Assembly (NCBI GenBank): GCA_020696385.1
Contig: JAEHCQ010000001.1
Location: 512,001 to 576,000 of the forward strand
Length of the DNA: 64,000 nucleotides
Reading direction: 5' to 3'
DNA from: Methanobacteriota archaeon
GTDB lineage: Archaea > Thermoplasmatota > Thermoplasmata > SG8-5 > JAGLSY01
Shown here: one piece after another, positions 28,785 through 43,104 of the stretch
Numbering within the stretch: the first letter of the stretch is position 1
How the letters are laid out: each line of letters opens with the position of its first letter
The notes under the pieces: generated by a model
Told to the model about the DNA's origin: nothing
The model's input: the letters and a program-made list of their open reading frames with translations, nothing else
Databases searched by the model: none
Program-made: the position numbers and the translations under genes

Positions 28785-28880
28785 TACAATACTGAATATT
28801 GATCGCATACTCATAATTATGAAGTTCGGACTTGAATACGAATCAAAGCTTTTACACCCACGCTCAGTATTGATACAAAG

Positions 28881-29306
28881 CTAAGCTACGCTAACGCTTT
28901 GTATTTTATGATGTCTGTATATCATATCCCTGGCAATCTTCAAGTTCCTACCAGCTTTTCCAATGGCTTTGGCCTTGAGGAGTGGGTTGACTGTCACGGT
29001 CGCATGTGTCAGTTCTCCCCTTTGCTCTATATCCACTGCACTGGCCTCATATGGATGGAAAACACTTTTGATGAACTGTACGGGGTCATCAGAGTACTCG
29101 ACGATCTGGATGGTCTTGGATAATTGTTTCCTCAGTTTGGACACATTTTCTCCTTTAATTCCAACCGCCTTGCTTATCTGTCCTGCCTTCACGACAAAGA
29201 TTATCCTGTCGTCTGTTTCAACACAGTCCTTTATCGTGGTTCGGGTCATTCTCTCAAAGAAAGTGATGTGAAGGAGAGTTTGATTGTCGAGTACTATATC
29301 TGACAT
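28881..29306 (-). CDS. nusA: Transcription factor NusA (archaeal)
   Basis: KH motifs (KAVGIKG, KAIGKAGRN); position after rpl30e. Confidence 0.95.
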   Translation of the reverse strand: MSDIVLDNQTLLHITFFERMTRTTIKDCVETDDRIIFVVKAGQISKAVGIKGENVSKLRKQLSKTIQIVEYSDDPVQFIKSVFHPYEASAVDIEQRGELTHATVTVNPLLKAKAIGKAGRNLKIARDMIYRHHKIQSVSVA

Positions 29307-29311
29307 TAGAT

Positions 29312-29586
29312 CTACCTTTTTGGCAATATTTGAGATTCGCCGGGATCAAGAACTGTTACCACGGATATTGCAAATGGCTTACCACAAGCTGCTCCGAGTT
29401 CCATATTGGTTCCCGGGAAATCCATGGATGGTACTTTACTCTGTTCTTTCAATACCGGATCTGGGGAGTTATTGGCCAATATTATCAGCTTGGCTTCCTT
29501 GGTCTCTATTGCTTTCTTGGCCTGATCGGCTCCAAATAGCAATTTGCCGGTCTTGGTCGCACTCCTAAGGGCTCTGTTAAGATCCA

Positions 29587-29587
<1 letters not shown>
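29312..29587 (-). CDS. rpl30e: 50S ribosomal protein L30e
   Basis: TGKLLFG, KLIILANN, ELGAACGKPF, DPGESQI. Confidence 0.96.
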
Positions 29588-33774
<4,187 letters not shown>

Positions 33775-33778
<4 letters not shown>

Positions 33779-36700
33779 TTCAATTCCTCCAGCTGAAGAC
33801 GCATGGCAACACCAAGCGAAAGTAGTTCATCCATCAACAGTTTGAATGCATAACTGGTCTGAACCGGGTGGACACTTGAATTGTTTCCACATACCGGACA
33901 TCTCAGAACACCTCTGCGATCCAATATGGCTATATGACCACAAGCGGAATTACCACAGACATACTGGGTGGTTCCATCTGATTCATCCAATAGCCTATCC
34001 TTGATCACCATTGCGGCCCCATGGCCGATAAGACAGTCACGTTCCATCTCACCAAATCTCAATCCACCCTGCCTTGATCTTCCTTCGGTAGGCTGTCTGG
34101 TAAGTATCTGGACCGGCCCTCTGGATCTCATGTGTAGCTTTCCAGCCACCATGTGATGTAGCTTCTGATAGTAGATGACACCGACAAATATATCGGCATT
34201 TATGAGCTGGCCAGTGCGGCCATCGTACATGACCTCTCTGCTATTGTGCTTGAAGCCAGCATTGACCAGTTCCTTTCTGATAACTTCCTCTTTTTCTCCG
34301 CTGAAGGAAGTTCCGTCTATGAAACGGCCTTTCATGGATCCCATTTTTCCGCCCACCATCTCAAGAACGTGGGCGATGGTCATACGGGATGGAATACCGT
34401 GTGGATTGATTATAAGATCCGGGGTTTGACCGGTTTCTGTGAAGGGCATGTCCTCCATATCCACAAGAAGTCCTATAACTCCTTTTTGACCATGTCTGGA
34501 TGCGAACTTGTCGCCAAGTTCCGGAATACGGGGATCCCTGACCTTGACCTTCACAAGACGGCTTCCATTCTCAGTCTCTGTGAGCATAACGCTGTCAACC
34601 CAACCCTTTTCTCCTGGGCGGACCGTCACCGAGGTCTCCCTTCTCTTCTGAGGAGTAAGGAAATCCGTGTCCTCTTCGAGGAATCTGGGTGGTGATGTCT
34701 TACCTATGAGGACATCTCCGCCTTTGATATTAGTCTCTGGGCTTATCAGACCATCTTCATTCAGACTGTTATAGGAAAGGTCTGCTCTTGCGCCCCTGAC
34801 ATCGGGACTAGGTATCTCCAGATGATCCTCCTGACCACCAGGATATCTCCTCTCTTCAGCCTTATATGTCCTGAAGAAGGTGGAATGTCCCAGACCTCTC
34901 TGGATAGATGATTTACTCATTACGAGGGCATCCTCCATATTGTAACCATGATGGGTTGCGACGGCAACCACAAAGTTCTGGCCACCAGGTCTCTTTGTGA
35001 AGTTCACGAAATTCATGACCTCTGTCTGCACCATCGGCCTCTGTGGGTAATGGAGAAGGTGAGCTCTCGTATCCGGTCTTATCCTGTAATTGGAACTGCT
35101 AAGTCCGAGAGACTGTTTGGCCATAGCTGAACCCATTGTGATCCTTGGTGACGAATTGTGTTCTGGATATGGAACAAGACCTGCACACACTCCCAAAATG
35201 AGCATGGGGTCTATCTCCATATGTGTATGATCGTTCTCGAGGAGCTTGTCAACCTTCATGACCTTTTCACAATGCTTGCACCTTAGCTTGACCACATCAT
35301 CTGGAACTCCGATATTCTCCCAGGTGGTGTCTGTGCTTGCAAGAAGACTATCACAATGATCACACTTGGTTGGAGAGTTGAAGGCTCTTACAGCGATGTA
35401 AGTGTCCTCTTCTTCTTCCGCATCCAGCCATTCGATTATGCCCTCGCGGACAATATCCTGTGTCTTTATCTTTCCAGATTTCAGGCCATCCATATGCTTT
35501 TTGTTAAGCAGAAGCCTTCCATCTTTGGATACTATGAGGGGTCTTCTCAACCTTCCCTCATCACAATTGATTATGACGTCATTCATATCCTCGTCATATC
35601 TGAGATTCACTTCATTGGAGATCATGCCGCTTCTTCTTCTCTGGCGTACCTCCTCTACAAGGTCTTTCGGCCTGTCATGTGTACCTATCAGGTCACCATT
35701 GACATATACCTTGGTGCTCTTGGTCTGCTGGCCCTTGACCTCTTTTATGCCAAGATCCTGCAGAAGCATCTTGACGATGTGATCATGTGATCTTTCCGAG
35801 ACATCCACAAGCAAAGCGCAGTTCTTGACAAGACCACAATTTTGACCTTCAGGGGTCTCATTCGGGCATAATCTTCCCCACTGAGTTGGATGAAGATCCC
35901 TGGCCTCGAAATGCGGCTGGGTCCTGGTCAATGGAGATGTGACCCTTCTCAAGTGACTGAGTGCGCTCATATTGGATGTTCTGTCCAGAAGCTGGGAAAC
36001 TCCAGCTCGTCCACCGACCCAATTACCAGTGGAAAGCGCATGCAGAAGTCTCTGGGTGAGCAGATCCGGCCTTATGGCGGATGTTATCTTCATACCCTTC
36101 TTCTTGGCATATCCTCTCTCAAGCTGATATTTGAGATCCTTTACAAGGTTGGTGAATGATACCCTGAAGAGATCTTCCATTAGATCCCCAGATAGCTTCA
36201 ATCTCTTGTTTGCATAATGATCCTTATCATCCTCTCCCCTCATGTCGAGGGAGAGTTCGAGCACGGTCCTGGCTATCCTTCCAAGGAAGATTGCTTTCTT
36301 CAACCTGTCCTCTGGAGCATCACCAAGGTGAGGCAATAATGATTTGTCCAGTATGGATTCTACCTTCTTTATTCTGTATTCCTTGGCCTGGCCTGTTGCG
36401 AACTTCTTCTCAAGCCAAAGTATAGCATCCTCTGTGGTGAAAACACCATCTGGAGGGCAATGCTTTGGATCCTGTACTTCCTCTATGTTAGCATAAAGGA
36501 TATTCGCCATCGCAGGATCAGATACTACAGCATTGTAGATATCTTCATCGTTTTCCAATCCCAGTGCTTTCATAAGCAATATAAGAGGGATCTTACCGGA
36601 TGCAGCTGCGACCGAGACATGCAAGATACTGTCCCTTTTCTTCTCGACCAGTGTGAGGGCTCGGTATCCTTCTTTTTGTGAGAACACCTTGGCGACCTCT

Positions 36701-37383
36701 GTCCTTGTTCCATATCTCTCACTGTATTCAACGAGAACTCTGTTAGGAGCAAGATCTTCAAGGGATATCAGAACACGCTCTGTACCGCCAACAATGAAAT
36801 ATCCGCCTGGGTCGTATGGATCTTCGCCAACACCACTGAGCTTCTCATTAGAAGACATCCTGGCCAATTCCTCATCGCTCTTCAATTTGAACATGAGGTC
36901 GATATTATTGTCATGGATATTGCACTTCTTTGATTTTACCATGACCGGTAAATTACCTATGTGAACGGCCTCTGGCTCTCTCTCAATGCCGTTCTCGATA
37001 ATAGTTATTGTCAGATCGATGGGGGCCATGTAGGTGAGGTTCCTCAGACGGGCCTCCATAGGGGTCAATGGATTGGTAGCACCATTGGCCTCTTTGACCC
37101 TTGGTGACCCAATGTACAATGTGGGTTTAGAATGAGAGTCTATGGCTCCATTCTTGTCCCTCTTTCTACCTATCCTCACATCAACGATATTACCGTCTGT
37201 TTTATCCGAATCCAGACGTATAACACCTCTCAGGACCTCTTCTTTGGATACCCTGATATTATCAACGATCTGCTGCATTCTGCTATTTGGATTGTCTATG
37301 GTTGGCAGAAAATCGTTGTAAGATGCGATATGGTGGTTTACAATGCTCCTGTCCTTAAAAAAGGCTTCAACTAGTTCTCTCAT
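33775..37383 (-). CDS. rpoB: DNA-directed RNA polymerase subunit B (Rpo2, unsplit)
   Basis: [33 protein letters not shown]. Confidence 0.98.
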
Positions 37384-37391
37384 TGGAACAC

Positions 37392-37646
37392 CTATCCTCT
37401 TATTACTACTCTGTAAGCTACTGATACTCCAGCTATGGGATTCAGCCTTACAACTTTGATCACTCTACCCTCTGCGATCTCATCACCGATTATATGTTCC
37501 AGTGTTTTGATACAGGGGTCATTCTTTCTGATCTTCGGGAGCTGGTCCTTTCCGATCTTATAACCTTTTAGAACTGCCTTCTCCTCATCTTCAGAAAGAA
37601 GATGATGCTCCGGCACCATTTCATGTTCGAGTACATTGAATTCCAT
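37392..37646 (-). CDS. rpoH: DNA-directed RNA polymerase subunit H (Rpo5)
   Basis: HEMVPEH, QLPKI...DP, YRVV. Confidence 0.96.
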   Translation of the reverse strand: MEFNVLEHEMVPEHHLLSEDEEKAVLKGYKIGKDQLPKIRKNDPCIKTLEHIIGDEIAEGRVIKVVRLNPIAGVSVAYRVVIRG

Positions 37647-37715
37647 ATTACTGCCTCCAAACTAAATTGAATAATCAACTCCTCTTTTATTATCCACACT
37701 TTTCTCATATAGGTT

Positions 37716-37875
37716 TGGCGAGCCCGAAGGGATTCGAACCCTTGACCACCTGGTATCTTTCCAACCAACGAATCGCATTCGTTAGCGCACATTGGTCAGA
37801 TAAAAGCCAGATGCTCTTTCTAGGACTTACGCGGATATTCAATCGCGAAAGTCAACCTAGCTGAGCTACGGGCCC
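37716..37875 (-). tRNA. tRNA-Lys(UUU) with two introns (37-nt at 20/21: 37818-37854; 46-nt at 37/38: 37755-37800), CCA encoded
   Basis: Spliced sequence GGGCCCGTAGCTCAGCTAGGT^AGAGCATCTGGCTTTTA^ACCAGGTGGTCAAGGGTTCGAATCCCTTCGGGCTCGCCA (77 nt) folds as a cloverleaf; both introns have BHB-type boundaries. Confidence 0.9.
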
Positions 37876-38124
37876 ACACCTGAGTCAAATGATGGATAGC
37901 TCACCTCCGAAAACGTTATTATATATAAACATTACCATGCGTACGTGTTATTAATTAATGTTAGGGGCATTTTTACCTAAAAAATCAACATGTTTTTCTT
38001 AAATAATTGTTAATTCCAGAAAGTATTATATATGACTGATTTAAAAAATCCACTTTTCTCAGTGATCCATGAATTTGATGAAAATATGAAAACCCTTTAA
38101 TCCTTTACCGTATTGAACCTGTGA

Positions 38125-39519
38125 ATGTATATCATCGTTGCAGGAATGGGGCAAGTTGGGCTCCAGATAACCGAGACGCTGTTGGAGGAAGGGCATAATC
38201 TCGCAGTAATTGAGAATGATTGCGAGAGAATCAAGATCTTTGAAAATCTAGATATGCTATGTGTCAATGGGAATGCCGCAAGCTTGTCCACCCTGATAGA
38301 GGCTGGAATCAGCTCGGCTGATATCTTTATCGCGGCAACTGGCTCGGATGAAGTGAATATAATAAGTTCTGTCATTGCCAGGACCAAAGGATGCCGAACA
38401 ATGGCCAGAATAAATGGCAAGGACTACATGCCAGAGGATATGATCTCTGGCAAATTGGACCTGTTTGGAATAGATCTGGCCATATGTCCAGATAGAGTAA
38501 CGGCAAAGCATATGGCGAAAATGCTCCTGCTTCCTTCACTTGTGGAAAGCGAGGTCGTGACCAAGGAAGGGGGTTTGATAATAAATTTCATATTACCTGA
38601 AAAGACACCATTGGTCTCGATAAGCGTGGATGGTCTGACCCTGCCCAAGGGATGCCTTATCTCTGCCATATCACGTGCAGGTGTTGTTGTGGATCCAGAC
38701 CTGGCAGGTAAGTTCAGGCCTGGAGATAAGATATTCATTACCATTGACTCCAAGGATAAGATACCGGAGGTGGAGAAGACTTTCAGATTGGATATCAGTG
38801 TCTGCACCGTTGTGGGAGATAAGATGGAAGTCGGCATGGACAAGATAATGATAATGGGGGCCAATAATATCGGCATAAATCTTGCCAAAAGCCTGGAGAT
38901 GTCACGATTGGTACTCCTGATGGATGAGGATGAAGAGCGATGTGAAAAGGCATCGACCCAATTGGACAAAGGCCTGGTCATTCACATTTCCGGCATCGAT
39001 GATAAAGCTCTCAAAGAAGAAGGAATTGAGGATGTCGGTGCTTTTGTAGCTACCACCGATAGCAGTGAGTTCAATATGCTAGCTTGCCTGATCGCCATGA
39101 GATTGGGAGTGAGGAAGACAATGGCATTGGTCGAGGACCCGGAATTCATCCCCCTGTTCGAGCAGATAGGGATAACAGTGGCTCTGAGTCCGAGGATGAT
39201 AACTGCCAATTCCATGCTGAAGCACATTGCCAAGCCTGGAGATAAAAGACCCACGATGAAACAGATCACGAGCTTGCCAGCAGACGAATCAAGGGTTCTG
39301 GAGATCTTCGTTTCCAAGGATCTATGGATAGTTGGAAAAGAATTTGGAAAAGTGAAGCTCCCCAACAATAGCTTCATAGGCTCGGTTATAAGGAATGGCA
39401 GTGTTCTTAGACCCACACAGTTCGATATTGTAAGGTCTGGTGATCGATTGATAATATTTGCTGGCGTTGAATCCCTGAAAAAGATCGATAAACTATTCAT
39501 GCGCTCAAGAAAAGGCTGA
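38125..39519 (+). CDS. trkA: Trk system potassium uptake protein TrkA
   Basis: Two RCK_N/RCK_C units; GMGQVG, AATGSDEVN. Confidence 0.93.
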   Translation: MYIIVAGMGQVGLQITETLLEEGHNLAVIENDCERIKIFENLDMLCVNGNAASLSTLIEAGISSADIFIAATGSDEVNIISSVIARTKGCRTMARINGKDYMPEDMISGKLDLFGIDLAICPDRVTAKHMAKMLLLPSLVESEVVTKEGGLIINFILPEKTPLVSISVDGLTLPKGCLISAISRAGVVVDPDLAGKFRPGDKIFITIDSKDKIPEVEKTFRLDISVCTVVGDKMEVGMDKIMIMGANNIGINLAKSLEMSRLVLLMDEDEERCEKASTQLDKGLVIHISGIDDKALKEEGIEDVGAFVATTDSSEFNMLACLIAMRLGVRKTMALVEDPEFIPLFEQIGITVALSPRMITANSMLKHIAKPGDKRPTMKQITSLPADESRVLEIFVSKDLWIVGKEFGKVKLPNNSFIGSVIRNGSVLRPTQFDIVRSGDRLIIFAGVESLKKIDKLFMRSRKG

Positions 39520-39527
39520 GGTATCTG

Positions 39528-40994
39528 ATGAGAAAGGATGGCATAATGGCGGTCATGGGGTACATTATCCTTCTTTTCAGCTTCGCGTTCATTCTTCCAC
39601 TTATTACTGGAGCGATATATGGTGAATCTGCCACTTTCCTATTGAAGACATACATCGTGCCCATGTTGATTTCCATTTCTTTAGGGTTCATAATGTGGTA
39701 TTACACAAAGAACTGGGGTGATGATCTCAGAGAAAGAGAGGCCTTTGTGGTGGTTGGCATCGGGTGGCTGGTCATTGCCGCTCTGGGAGCCCTGCCCTTC
39801 CTCTTTTCCGGCTCCATAACCAGCCCGATAGATGCTTATTTCGAATCCATGTCCGGCTTCACCACGACCGGGGCAACGATACTGGACCCTTCCGTCGGGG
39901 ATTATATGGACATATATCCGCACAGCATACTCATGTGGCGGGCGGTGACCACATGGCTTGGTGGTATGGGTATCATTGTCTTCAGTGTCGTGATACTGGC
40001 GAGGTTCCTGGAAGGGGGCGTGCATCTTTTCAAGGCCGAGGTGGCAGGTGCGTCTGTCACACGCCTTAGACCCAAGTTACATCAGACAGCGAGAATACTG
40101 TGGGGTGTTTATGGTCTGTTCACCCTGCTATCGATAATTTTATTGTTAATAGCAGGGTTGTCGCCATTTGATTCGGTGGCGATATCCTTTTCCACCCTTT
40201 CCACAGGCGGGTTCTCCGTGCACTCGGACAATATCGGATTCTACAATAGCCCGGGTGTGGAACTTATAGTTATTATGTTCATGATCATAGGTAGCACCAA
40301 CTTCATCCTCCATTACAGAGTTATCACTGGCAAGTACAAAGAAGTGATCATGGATCCTGAACTGAGGGCTTTCCTCATCTGGCTCGGGATGCTTTCTTTC
40401 ATTTCGATATTCGCACTATACCTCTCAGGAGAATTTGGGTTTGGAGAGTCTTTCAGAAAGGGAATGTTCCAGATCATATCCGCGGGAACCACCAGTGGAT
40501 TCTCAACAGCCGATGGTATCGCTCATTGGCCACCGATCGTGCATGCACTTATCATCCTCGCCATGTTGGTAGGAGCTACACTTGGCTCAACAAGTGGAGG
40601 ATTAAAGATATCCAGAATACTCATTCTTCTGGAGAATATGAAGAATGGCATATTGAGATCCATCCATCCAAGAGCTGTCCTGACAGTGAAGTTCAATGAC
40701 AGGGTGATCCCGGAAAAGGTGGTGGCACGGGTGCAATTACTCTTTTTCAGCTATCTACTTGTGCTTGTAGTGGCCGTGGTATTGATATGTGGAACAGGGG
40801 TCGATATCGAGACATCAATATCCGCAGTTGCCAGCTGTCTATCCAATTCAGGACCCAGTATTTTCAGGCTTGGAGAAGGGTTCCACACTCTGAATTCCAT
40901 GACGAAGATGATACTGACATTTTGTATGTGGATAGGTAGACTTGAAATATTGACCGGTCTAATTGTACTGTCCCCAAGTACCTACAGGACATGA
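39528..40994 (+). CDS. trkH: Trk system potassium uptake protein TrkH
   Basis: FESMSGFTTTGA, WLGGMGI, STGGFS, GSTSGGLK, GRLEI. Confidence 0.95.
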   Translation: MRKDGIMAVMGYIILLFSFAFILPLITGAIYGESATFLLKTYIVPMLISISLGFIMWYYTKNWGDDLREREAFVVVGIGWLVIAALGALPFLFSGSITSPIDAYFESMSGFTTTGATILDPSVGDYMDIYPHSILMWRAVTTWLGGMGIIVFSVVILARFLEGGVHLFKAEVAGASVTRLRPKLHQTARILWGVYGLFTLLSIILLLIAGLSPFDSVAISFSTLSTGGFSVHSDNIGFYNSPGVELIVIMFMIIGSTNFILHYRVITGKYKEVIMDPELRAFLIWLGMLSFISIFALYLSGEFGFGESFRKGMFQIISAGTTSGFSTADGIAHWPPIVHALIILAMLVGATLGSTSGGLKISRILILLENMKNGILRSIHPRAVLTVKFNDRVIPEKVVARVQLLFFSYLLVLVVAVVLICGTGVDIETSISAVASCLSNSGPSIFRLGEGFHTLNSMTKMILTFCMWIGRLEILTGLIVLSPSTYRT

Positions 40995-41035
40995 GCTGGC
41001 ATAATGAAAAAGCCAGAGCTTGTCAGAATATTAGA

Positions 41036-41341
41036 TCAAGCTTTGTTCGCTCTCTTCTTTCTCTCTTTTGATGTGAAGCCAGTTGCCCTCAGAAGGAAAT
41101 CATTGTATTGCTTTATAGTGTCTGAAGCAACATCATTTTCGACATTGGGGTTCATCACAGTCTCGACACTGAGCTTCTTCTTACCATCAAACCCGACAAT
41201 GAGCTTGTCAAGCGCACCGTATGTGGAGACAAAATTATCGCCATCCTTTTTGGCATTCCCAAATATATCTTTCATCAAGGCCTTGAGCTTGTCGCCCTCG
41301 ATATTTCCAAAATGTCCTCTTTTGATATCGTATAATGTCAT
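41036..41341 (-). CDS. DUF5611-like conserved archaeal protein
   Basis: Y.IKRG, YGAL, YNDFL..ATGFTSKERKK. Confidence 0.75.
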   Translation of the reverse strand: MTLYDIKRGHFGNIEGDKLKALMKDIFGNAKKDGDNFVSTYGALDKLIVGFDGKKKLSVETVMNPNVENDVASDTIKQYNDFLLRATGFTSKERKKRANKA

Positions 41342-41534
41342 TTTTACATCTCCATCCTTTCAATAGGTAAATATTACAATCCTATAATGCACTTCTCATG
41401 TTAATAATTTACATTAATCGAGTTTCTTATGTTGGTTTGATTGGGGGCACGCATGAATGAGCTACGCCATTCATAAAAAATTCGAAAAACCTCACTTTTT
41501 GTTTCACAAAAGCTCGGTTATTCAAAGAAAAAAG

Positions 41535-41618
41535 TGCGGGGGAAGGGATTTGAACCCTCGAAGGACTAACCACTAGGCCCTCAACCTAGCCCCTTTGGCC
41601 ATGCTCGGGTACCCCCGC
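41535..41618 (-). tRNA. tRNA-Leu(GAG)
   Basis: GCGGGGGTACCCGAGCATGGCCAAAGGGGCTAGGTT-GAG-GGCCTAG...GAGGGTTCAAATCCCTTCCCCCGCA; long variable arm, CCA not encoded. Confidence 0.95.
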
Positions 41619-41682
41619 ATTGTGCGTATACTTACCTCATCATCTTAGCTGTGAGGCAAACCCAACAATCAAGCATCAATAT

Positions 41683-41952
41683 TTAACCCTTTTTCCAAAG
41701 GACCACTGTATTGCCTCTGACATCGATAAGCTCTGATTTGGTATGGGATGATAGTTCTGTGGCTATCATCTTCACTTCGTTCTTATCGCAGCCAAGTATC
41801 TTGATCTTTATGAGATTTTTATTGGAAAGCTGGTTCTTGATCTCGTCTATCAATTGTTCCGTGATACCGGACTTTCCGACACGGACCGTGGGCTGGATGG
41901 CCTGCGCCTTGCCCCTCAGTTCTCTTTTGGTCTTATTGTCCATTTGGCTCAC
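41683..41952 (-). CDS. yhbY: YhbY/CRM RNA-binding protein
   Basis: P.VRVGKSGI, LIKIK, RGNTVVL. Confidence 0.9.
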   Translation of the reverse strand: MSQMDNKTKRELRGKAQAIQPTVRVGKSGITEQLIDEIKNQLSNKNLIKIKILGCDKNEVKMIATELSSHTKSELIDVRGNTVVLWKKG

Positions 41953-42298
41953 TTCCCTTTATCGTTCCATTGTTATTAACTGTGTATGGTCTTCTGTATA
42001 TGTCACCACACTTCAGACAGTGTGTGGTTATGTGGCCACGTGATATCCGAACCCGGGTGTTCCTTGAAGGTACCCGGTATGTGCCACAGTGTTTGCAATA
42101 TTTATGTTTGAAGGTCCCTGGCAAGCTGATATTGTATTTCTTTCCGATCTTCCTTGCCAGATATCCATATCGGCTGGCCCTATCCAATTTGCCCGAAATT
42201 GCCTCCTTATCGGCCAATTCCAGTAGTATGGCTATTCTTTCACCAGCGATCTTCTTTCGCCGGTCCTTCTGCTTGGCGTATCTTCCTTTTTTGCCCAT
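41933..42298 (-). CDS. rnp4: Ribonuclease P protein component 4 (Rpp21)
   Basis: IA.ERI..L, CKHC...CLKCG...R.PY. Confidence 0.92.
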   Translation of the reverse strand: MGKKGRYAKQKDRRKKIAGERIAILLELADKEAISGKLDRASRYGYLARKIGKKYNISLPGTFKHKYCKHCGTYRVPSRNTRVRISRGHITTHCLKCGDIYRRPYTVNNNGTIKGSEPNGQ

Positions 42299-42361
42299 AG
42301 CATAGCCTACCTTTGGAAATAGAGCATATAGAAATAAATGAATATTACTGGTATGCTGATA

Positions 42362-42628
42362 TTAGATAAGACCCATGTCCTCGACATCGGCATTCTGGAC
42401 ACCAGGAACATCACGTATTAACTGTTCCAGTTTGTCCACCACGCCCTCGCCATCCTTCATGATGACCTGAACGATCAATGCTTTCAGTCCAAAAGCCAGT
42501 GGTCTTTCCTCTATGCTGTTCACTCTGCATATTTTGATCAATTCTTCAGTCAAATTGGTTTTCAATTCTACTAGATCTACTTCCAATCCGTCTGGCATGA
42601 CCTTGTAAGTTATCGCTACATCTCCCAT
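42362..42628 (-). CDS. ef1b: Elongation factor 1-beta
   Basis: MGDV...KVMP, PLAFGLKAL. Confidence 0.95.
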   Translation of the reverse strand: MGDVAITYKVMPDGLEVDLVELKTNLTEELIKICRVNSIEERPLAFGLKALIVQVIMKDGEGVVDKLEQLIRDVPGVQNADVEDMGLI

Positions 42629-42636
42629 TATATCAC

Positions 42637-42804
42637 CTACGGGCCCTGAAATCCACATTCGGGGCATTCATAGCTCACACTCTGATCTCTGCATCTGATG
42701 CATCGGCCGATCGTGAATTTACTACAGCTGGGGCATTTGAATACTGAGCTTCCTGTTTCGATCAAAGGAATCTTGCAAGATGTACAGACTACTTCTTCAT
42801 CCAT
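42637..42804 (-). CDS. Small zinc-finger protein (COG2888/HVO_2753-like), absent from the ORF track
   Basis: MDEEVVCTSCKIPLIETGSSVFKCPSCSKFTIGRCIRCRDQSVSYECPECGFQGP (55 aa, four CxxC); conserved position upstream of ef1b. Confidence 0.92.
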   Translation of the reverse strand: MDEEVVCTSCKIPLIETGSSVFKCPSCSKFTIGRCIRCRDQSVSYECPECGFQGP

Positions 42805-43104
42805 TTATTTCACCAATGGGGCGGAACACATCATCATCTATATACTTTTTTACACGCTTTGACGTAAAATGAGGGCTCCCCAACCTATAAGAGTAGGAGT
42901 GAATGCAGATTTCTCTGTATTTTCTGAGCTCTGATTCTACCCAAGCTTGGGGATGATTCAATCAAGATAATATATTCAGCATTTATGCATTACTTATAGT
43001 ATATATTATAGAATATATCATAAGATTATATTATTACATCTTATATTCATTAATATTTATATCATACTAGTAAAGATAGTAGATGGTCAAGATCAAAGGG
43101 TCAG

